From Psychrobacter sp. DM4 (lineage in GTDB: Bacteria > Pseudomonadota > Gammaproteobacteria > Pseudomonadales > Moraxellaceae): a DNA stretch of 32,000 nucleotides. Both the position numbers and the translations under genes were made by a program. The DNA lies in assembly GCF_051307035.1 (NCBI RefSeq), contig NZ_CP195536.1, forward strand, positions 1,830,001 through 1,862,000, written 5' to 3'. This document shows, piece after piece, positions 26,458 to 32,000 of this stretch; the first letter of the stretch is position 1; every line of letters starts with the position of its first letter. The notes below the pieces were generated by a model, which did no database searches, had not been told where the DNA came from, and was given only the letters and a program-made list of their open reading frames with translations.

Positions 26458-26506
26458 TATATCCCACTATCGAATACTGATAACCAGTGGGTTATAGATG
26501 CTTTTT
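26458..26506 (+). terminator. possible uup terminator, an imperfect hairpin inside a longer imperfect palindrome at 26448-26512
   Basis: TATATCCCACT and AGTGGGTTATA pair at 10 of 11 bp with a 17-nt loop. The T5 run is offset by 5 nt (GATGC). Confidence 0.3.
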
Positions 26507-26708
26507 CTATATTCAATGGGCTAATTAAGCCTGCTCAGGTTGTTTTATTTTTAACACATCAATTTATTTTATGACCAAAATAGCTTAGAATAGTAACAAT
26601 CAGAAAAACTAGGCGGAGCTTGCGTGGCTGACCTTTTTTTACTACCATCCTTTAAGCCATAAACCCAGTGTGGGATAATCCCATGTCATTCATCTGGAGG
26701 AAGTATTA

Positions 26709-27293
26709 ATGCGCAATACCGAAGGCGTTAATGTACAACGTCGCAGAGTCCTTATTGCCTCAACTGCCGTCATTGGTGCAGCTGGGGTCGCGGCAGTCGC
26801 CACCCCTTTCGTCCGTTCATGGACGCCAAGTGCCAAAGCAGAAGCTGCAGGCGCGGCGGTGACTCAAGACATAGGATCTATAGAAGAAGGCCAGATGATT
26901 GTCGTCAAGTACCGAGGCAAACCCATTTTTGTGGTCAAGCGTACTCCAGACATGGTAGAGACTTTAAGTGCTGTGGAACCGCTGTTGGTTGACCCCGCCT
27001 CAGACGCCTCGCTACAACCAGAATATACTAAGAATCAAACCCGATCTTTAGAGCCGGGTTTATTAGTGGTTGAAGGCGTCTGTACTCACCTAGGCTGCGC
27101 TCCAAACTACCGTCCTGATGTGGGTGCTGCTGATTTGGGTGGTAATGATTGGTATGGCGGGTTCTTTTGTCCCTGTCATGGCTCTAAATATGATTTAGCA
27201 GGTCGCGTCTATAGCGGCGTTCCTGCACCGACTAACCTACCTATTCCAGATTATAGTTTGGATGGGTCTATCCTGACGGTTGGAGAGGCTTAA
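26709..27293 (+). CDS. petA: ubiquinol-cytochrome c reductase, Rieske iron-sulfur subunit
   Basis: ORF track. GGAGG lies 8 nt upstream. It has a Tat-like RRRVLIAS signal and the Rieske boxes CTHLGC and CPCHGS. Confidence 0.93.
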   Translation: MRNTEGVNVQRRRVLIASTAVIGAAGVAAVATPFVRSWTPSAKAEAAGAAVTQDIGSIEEGQMIVVKYRGKPIFVVKRTPDMVETLSAVEPLLVDPASDASLQPEYTKNQTRSLEPGLLVVEGVCTHLGCAPNYRPDVGAADLGGNDWYGGFFCPCHGSKYDLAGRVYSGVPAPTNLPIPDYSLDGSILTVGEA

Positions 27294-27294
27294 T

Positions 27295-28521
27295 ATGAGT
27301 ATGGGCAAAAAGATTATGCACTGGGTGGATGCGCGCTTTCCGGCGACCGAAACCTATGAATACCACATGTCAAAGTACTATGCACCAAAGAACTTCAACT
27401 TTTGGTACTTCTTTGGCGTATTGTCAATGATCGTACTGGTCAATCAGCTGGTTACTGGTATTTGGTTGACAATGATGTACAACCCGAGTGCAGAAGGCGC
27501 CTTTGCCTCTGTTGAATATATTATGCGCGATGTCAAAGGTGGCTGGCTCATTCGCTACATGCACTCCACAGGCGCATCAGCATTCTTCGTTGTTGTGTAT
27601 TTGCACATGTTCAGAGCGCTATTGTATGGCTCATATCAAAAGCCGCGCGAGCTTATTTGGCTTATCGGTATGGGTATCTACTTAGCACTAATGGCAGAAG
27701 GCTTCTTTGGGTATCTATTACCATGGGGCAATATGTCATTTTGGGGTGCGCAGGTTATCTTAAACTTGCCAGCGGCGCTGCCAATTATTGGTGATGGTCT
27801 TGCTGAATGGGTACGCGGTGATTATATCATCTCAGGTATCACCCTTAACCGCTTCTTTGCTTTGCATGTTGTCGCTATTCCGCTAGTTCTTGTCGGTCTT
27901 GTCTTTATGCATCTCGTGGCTTTGCATCATGTAGGCTCTAACAACCCTGATGGCATCGACATCAAAAAGCTAAAAGACAAAAACGGTGTACCTTTAGATG
28001 GTATCGAGTTCCATCCGTACTATACCGTGCATGATATGGTTGGCATTGTGGTCTTCTTTATCTTGTTCTTTGCGGTAGTATTCTTCTTCCCAGAAGGCGG
28101 CGGTTATTTCCTTGAGCCCCCTAACTTTGAGACGGCGAACTCACTGAAGACACCAGCACACATTGCACCGGTATGGTATTACACGCCTTTCTATGCGATT
28201 TTGCGAGCAGTTCCTAACAAGCTTGGCGGCGTTATTGCTATGGGCGGCGCGATTGCGGTATTGTTCTTGATACCTTGGCTCGATAGATCGCCAGTACGCT
28301 CGATGCGTTATAAAGGCATATTGTCTAAAATTGCTTTGACTATATTTGCTATTAGCTTTGTCGTACTTGGCTATCTAGGCGCAACACCAGCGACGCCGAC
28401 AGCGACTATTATGGCGCGTGTCTTTACTATTTTATATTTCTTATTCTTCTTATTGATGCCTATTTATACGTCTATTGAGACGTGCAAACAGCCACCAGAA
28501 CGCGTTACCGGAGGCCACTGA
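27295..28521 (+). CDS. petB: cytochrome b of the bc1 complex
   Basis: The ORF track gives 27280..28521, which I refine to ATG 27295 with GGAGAGG upstream. It has conserved haem-ligand His contexts (RYMHSTGAS, FALHV) and is multi-TM. Confidence 0.93.
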   Translation: MSMGKKIMHWVDARFPATETYEYHMSKYYAPKNFNFWYFFGVLSMIVLVNQLVTGIWLTMMYNPSAEGAFASVEYIMRDVKGGWLIRYMHSTGASAFFVVVYLHMFRALLYGSYQKPRELIWLIGMGIYLALMAEGFFGYLLPWGNMSFWGAQVILNLPAALPIIGDGLAEWVRGDYIISGITLNRFFALHVVAIPLVLVGLVFMHLVALHHVGSNNPDGIDIKKLKDKNGVPLDGIEFHPYYTVHDMVGIVVFFILFFAVVFFFPEGGGYFLEPPNFETANSLKTPAHIAPVWYYTPFYAILRAVPNKLGGVIAMGGAIAVLFLIPWLDRSPVRSMRYKGILSKIALTIFAISFVVLGYLGATPATPTATIMARVFTILYFLFFLLMPIYTSIETCKQPPERVTGGH

Positions 28522-29237
28522 TGAACACGCTAACAAAATCCTTAACCGGTTTGGGCTTAGGCGCGACATTGATGTTGACTGCGGGTACCGCAATGGCAGC
28601 GGGCGGCGGCGGATGTGGTACCTTTGTCAACGCTGAAGGTGTCGAGGAGCATCTGTTATGTAGTGAAGCCCCTATTGATTTTACGAATAAAGGCTCACTA
28701 CAAAACGGCGCAAAGATGTTTATGAATTACTGCGCTGGTTGTCATTCAGCGCAGTACGTCAGACACTCTCGCATCGCAAAAGATTTAGAGATACCACCAG
28801 AGTTGGTCGAAAAATACTTGATGGTAACGACTGATCAGATTGGCGATCACATCAATGCTGAGATTGATCCTGAAGTTCAGGCGTCTTGGTTTGGTGCAGC
28901 ACCACCAGATTTGTCGCTAGTGTCTAGATTGCGCGGTGATGACTGGGTCTATACCTATCTGTTGTCATTCTATGAAGATCCGAGTCGTCCATGGGGGGCG
29001 AACAACCTAGTCCTACAAAATGCGGCAATGCCTCATGTGCTAAACAACCTACAAAATGACTTGAGTACCGAAGAGTTTGAATCAGAAGTTGGTGATTTAG
29101 TCAACTTCTTGGCATGGATGGGTGAGCCTGTTCGTCATGATCGTCAAGTGATTGGCTTTTTCGTTATTCTCTTCTTATTAGTGCTGCTCATTCCTGTTTA
29201 CTTGCTCAATAAAGAATTCTGGAAAGACGTCAAGTAG
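28521..29237 (+). CDS. petC: cytochrome c1
   Basis: The ORF track gives 28482..29237. I refine the start to ATG 28521, which overlaps the petB TGA by 1 nt, with GGAGG upstream. It has a signal peptide, the CAGCHS haem motif and a C-terminal TM anchor. Confidence 0.9.
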   Translation: MNTLTKSLTGLGLGATLMLTAGTAMAAGGGGCGTFVNAEGVEEHLLCSEAPIDFTNKGSLQNGAKMFMNYCAGCHSAQYVRHSRIAKDLEIPPELVEKYLMVTTDQIGDHINAEIDPEVQASWFGAAPPDLSLVSRLRGDDWVYTYLLSFYEDPSRPWGANNLVLQNAAMPHVLNNLQNDLSTEEFESEVGDLVNFLAWMGEPVRHDRQVIGFFVILFLLVLLIPVYLLNKEFWKDVK

Positions 29238-29265
29238 AGCTATATTTATACTATTTAGTTGATGA

Positions 29266-29293
29266 AAGAGCGCTACTTCGGTAGTGCTTTTTT
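29266..29293 (+). terminator. intrinsic terminator of petABC
   Basis: GCGCTAC-TTCG-GTAGTGC has a UUCG tetraloop and one G-U pair. It is followed by T6. Confidence 0.8.
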
Positions 29294-29431
29294 GTGCGGT
29301 ATTGATAAATAATATACGGTTAAAATAGTGTGAAAATATCGCACTATAAAAGTCGTGTTTACGTATGCTGCCTTGATAAACAAAGCGACTTTGTTTACGA
29401 TGACAACCTTCACTATTAACATTAGGCTTTC

Positions 29432-30046
29432 ATGATTGATGCGAATGACATTCCAAGTAGTCAGCTGATTTTGTACGCGGACGACGGCTATAACAGTCAT
29501 GTGGTACGCCTATTACTTGAAGAAAAGAAGCTCGCTTATTATTTGTCACGTTTGCAGTCTGAACGCCCTGAGGACTTAACTGAGCTAAACCCTTATCATA
29601 CCTTACCTGTATTACAACAGCGCGAAATTGCATTGTATGAGATCAATGTCATTTTTGAGTATTTGGAAGAGCGCTATCATGCCAATAAGCTCTTGCCAGA
29701 TACGCCGCAAGCACGTGCACAGTTTCGGCAGTTAGCATGGCGTATTCAGCACGATTGGTTAGTACTAGGTAAGCGTCTGCTTATGCACCCAGATAGCTTT
29801 AATAAGGCGCAGGCTACTATTGCTAAGAAACAACTGACTGATTCCCTCATTACCCTATCGCCTTTATTTGCTCATAAGTCGTATTTTATGGCCGATGAGT
29901 TTGGCTGGTGTGATGTGCTGCTAGCGCCGCTACTGTGGCGACTTGAAGAGATGAATATCGAGCTTCCTCGTGCTATCAGTCGCCCTTTATTTGACTATCA
30001 AACCCGCGTCTTTGAGCGCGAAAGCTTCAAAAAAAGTGTCCGTTAG
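29432..30046 (+). CDS. sspA: stringent starvation protein A (GST-like)
   Basis: ORF track. ...LYEINVIFEYLEERY..., DEFGWCDVLLAPLLWRL and TRVFERESF align by eye with E. coli SspA. Confidence 0.9.
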   Translation: MIDANDIPSSQLILYADDGYNSHVVRLLLEEKKLAYYLSRLQSERPEDLTELNPYHTLPVLQQREIALYEINVIFEYLEERYHANKLLPDTPQARAQFRQLAWRIQHDWLVLGKRLLMHPDSFNKAQATIAKKQLTDSLITLSPLFAHKSYFMADEFGWCDVLLAPLLWRLEEMNIELPRAISRPLFDYQTRVFERESFKKSVR

Positions 30047-30115
30047 TTGAACGATGATGTATTGTCCGTTTAAGACATGCATTACAATAATTTTATGAGT
30101 ATAGGAAACCATCAG

Positions 30116-30553
30116 ATGAGCGAAACCACATCAATCACACCAACCCGTCCTTATATGGTACGTGCACTATACCAATGGATAGAAGACAACGATCTGACGC
30201 CTTATCTGATGGTCGATGCCACTGCTCAAAATGTACAAATACCAAAAGAGCATGTGCAAGATGGTCGTATTGTCTTGAATATTGCTAGCCGTGCTACGGG
30301 CAATATGAGTATGGAAAACGACTATATTCACTTTAGTGCGCGCTTTGGTGGCGTGTCACAAGAGATTTGGGTACCTATAATCGCTGTCATGGGCATATAT
30401 GCCAAAGAGAACTCACAGGGTATGTTCTTTGACCCTAATGAATATGATAATTATCAGCCTGAAGAAGGTTCGGAGACTGCTGTTAAGAAGAGTCCTGCTG
30501 CTGCGCCGAAACCTAAACGCAATAATAAAGCAGGCTTAAAAGTCTTAAAGTAG
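30116..30553 (+). CDS. sspB: ClpXP adaptor, stringent starvation protein B
   Basis: The ORF track gives 30077..30553, which I refine to ATG 30116 with AGGA 9 nt upstream. TPTRPYMVRALYQWIEDNDLTPYLMVDA matches the SspB N-terminus. The C-terminal GLKVLK is a ClpX-binding-like tail. Confidence 0.9.
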   Translation: MSETTSITPTRPYMVRALYQWIEDNDLTPYLMVDATAQNVQIPKEHVQDGRIVLNIASRATGNMSMENDYIHFSARFGGVSQEIWVPIIAVMGIYAKENSQGMFFDPNEYDNYQPEEGSETAVKKSPAAAPKPKRNNKAGLKVLK

Positions 30554-30565
30554 TCAATTTTGCAT

Positions 30566-30604
30566 AAAAAAAGCCAGTCATCGTTTATATGACTGGCTTT
30601 TTTT
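30566..30604. terminator. bidirectional intrinsic terminator between convergent sspB and dcd
   Basis: The 11-bp arms AAGCCAGTCAT and ATGACTGGCTT flank a 7-nt loop and are bordered by an A-run and a T-run. Confidence 0.85.
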
Positions 30605-30642
30605 ATGCTGCGTACTATCTAAAAATTAGTCTATATCTTTTG

Positions 30643-31218
30643 CTATGTTCTAGGTAAAGTCACACCGCGTTGTCCTTGATATTTGCCGCCGCGATCTTTA
30701 TAGCTCGTCTCACAGACATCATCAGCATCACTTTGAAAAAACAACATCTGCGCGACCCCTTCTCCCGCATAAATACGGGCTGGCAAATTGGTCGTATTAC
30801 TAAATTCAAGGGTGACATGCCCCTCCCATTCAGGCTCAAGTGGTGTCACGTTGACAATGATACCGCAGCGCGCATAAGTAGATTTGCCAAGGCAAATCGT
30901 CAAAACATCACGCGGAATACGAAAATACTCCATGGTACGTGCCAACGCAAAAGAGTTGGGCGGAATAATACACTCGTCGCCAACGATATCAATAAAGCTT
31001 TTTTCATCGAAGTTTTTGGGATCAACGACGACTGAATGCACGTTAGTAAAAACTTTGAACTCAGGCGCGCAGCGAACATCATAACCATAGCTTGAAGTAC
31101 CATAACTGACCAAACGCTCGCCTGCATCATTGAAGCGTACTTGACCTGCTTCAAATGGCTCAATCATGCCATGCTCCTCAGCCATTTTACGAATCCAGCG
31201 GTCAGATTTGATAGACAT
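30643..31218 (-). CDS. dcd: dCTP deaminase
   Basis: ORF track. [22 protein letters not shown]... and the [10 protein letters not shown] and EGHVTLE regions are typical of Dcd. Confidence 0.92.
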   Translation of the reverse strand: MSIKSDRWIRKMAEEHGMIEPFEAGQVRFNDAGERLVSYGTSSYGYDVRCAPEFKVFTNVHSVVVDPKNFDEKSFIDIVGDECIIPPNSFALARTMEYFRIPRDVLTICLGKSTYARCGIIVNVTPLEPEWEGHVTLEFSNTTNLPARIYAGEGVAQMLFFQSDADDVCETSYKDRGGKYQGQRGVTLPRT

Positions 31219-31373
31219 TTTTATCCTTAAGATTAGTTATGGGGTTTGTTTTACACCCTTTTAGTGGCGATAATTATACGGAATACGCGGGTCAATTTAT
31301 AGGTTTTTTAACAGATATAAATAACTGTTTTTATCGTTCTTGTTCGTGGTTCATCCTCTACCTGACTTATTAG

Positions 31374-31805
31374 CTACTGATTGACTGCTTGTCCTTGGTA
31401 GCTAATTACAGTACTTATTACTCTTCTTTTTGCTTGGTTCGATGCCACGTGAATGAACTCTATTATCATTCTAGTTTCAACAGGAGTTAATCCATCCAAT
31501 AGCTCTTCGCTCACATTAACAACAGCAATACCACTAATCCCATAAGCGTGTTTGGGAAACTTATGTAGTAAGTCTACTAACGCTTGCATAGCAGTAGGAA
31601 AGTCTATGAATAGCAGGCGGCGGTTGCTAAAGTCAGCATTAACCTGATGACTTTTGGTACTGCCATCCTTATAGTAAGCCGTCGCATTCAATTGATTGTT
31701 TGATAACTCAATTTCATACACGGGCGGACGTAGCATTTTTAGTAACTTATGCGGCTTAGGTAGCGTTTTTAGATAGTTATCATAGGTAGTTAAGCTCACT
31801 AGCAA
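31374..31805 (-). CDS. hypothetical protein (143 aa from a TTG; GTG 31799 or ATG 31736 are alternative starts)
   Basis: ORF track. It lies between apbC and dcd on the same strand, with AAGGA just upstream of the GTG at 31799. I could not assign a family. See the findings for a weak by-eye resemblance to the actin/MreB fold. Confidence 0.55.
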   Translation of the reverse strand: MLVSLTTYDNYLKTLPKPHKLLKMLRPPVYEIELSNNQLNATAYYKDGSTKSHQVNADFSNRRLLFIDFPTAMQALVDLLHKFPKHAYGISGIAVVNVSEELLDGLTPVETRMIIEFIHVASNQAKRRVISTVISYQGQAVNQ

Positions 31806-31840
31806 TCCTTTTTTGATGCTATTAATAACGAGTTACCGTT

Positions 31841-32000
31841 CTAAAATATGCGCTTATCATCAGCAGGCTTTGCAAACTTGTTGATATTGGCTTCGATATT
31901 TTTGGCAATATTTATATAATAACTCGCAAACTCATCGTCAACCAATACGCTAGGCTCGCCTTTGTCCACTTGCGCGCGGATACCACTGGCCAGTGGCAAT
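31841..32000 (-). CDS. apbC: Fe-S cluster carrier ATPase ApbC/Mrp, C-terminal part; the gene runs off the right edge
   Basis: Not in the ORF track. My translation, in frame from 31999, gives LPLASGIRAQVDKGEPSVLVDDEFASYYINIAKNIEANINKFAKPADDKRIF and a stop (TAG, complement of 31841-31843). It resembles the LPL..IR...D.G.P.V......Y..IA end of Mrp/ApbC. The apbC-dcd neighbourhood is as I recall it in Pseudomonas. Confidence 0.65.
   Translation of the reverse strand, partial: LPLASGIRAQVDKGEPSVLVDDEFASYYINIAKNIEANINKFAKPADDKRIF

Noticed and set aside
29273-29633. Minus-strand ORFs 29273..29500 and 29430..29633
   Set aside because: They cover the petC terminator and sspA promoter and run antisense to sspA. 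They have no RBS and their composition is AT-rich and artefactual.
30670-31163. Three ORFs overlapping dcd (30670..31035, 30884..31084, 30900..31163)
   Set aside because: They are nested in or antisense to dcd, which is unambiguous.
1-32000. CRISPR arrays, IS elements, integrons, restriction-modification or other known defence gene signatures
   Set aside because: No regularly spaced direct repeats, no transposase or integrase-like ORFs, no terminal inverted repeats bracketing genes, and no nuclease, methylase or helicase ORFs outside the housekeeping set.

Overview
The window looks like a core chromosomal segment of a gammaproteobacterium. Gene order and protein style resemble Moraxellaceae, perhaps Psychrobacter, but that is my recollection and is unverified. 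About 26 confidently assignable housekeeping genes fill most of it: trmO (partial), fpr, tRNA-Leu(CAA), dinB, queA, a two-gene FimV-like pair, an asparaginase-family gene, truA, infA, an L,D-transpeptidase, leuB, a lipoprotein, leuD, leuC with a divergent LysR regulator, putP, two tandem FadL-family porins, slyX, uup, petABC, sspAB, dcd, an orphan ORF and apbC/mrp (partial). I found no transposase, integrase, CRISPR array, restriction or other recognisable defence genes. I therefore cannot support a large novel system here. Five loci are the least explained. (1) The AT-rich gap between tRNA-Leu and dinB holds a Cys-rich orphan gene, and a perfect 18-bp hairpin there buries the start codon of a 33-codon hydrophobic ORF, a type I toxin-like layout that remains speculative. 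An SOS-box-like site lies next to dinB. (2) FimV is split into two same-frame ORFs. (3) Mutually exclusive hairpins lie upstream of putP. (4) The duplicated FadL genes differ by a roughly 90-aa loop insertion, and one copy has a stop that removes its aromatic C-terminus. (5) A 143-aa orphan ORF sits between apbC and dcd. All start refinements and motif calls were made by eye from the sequence, with no searches run.
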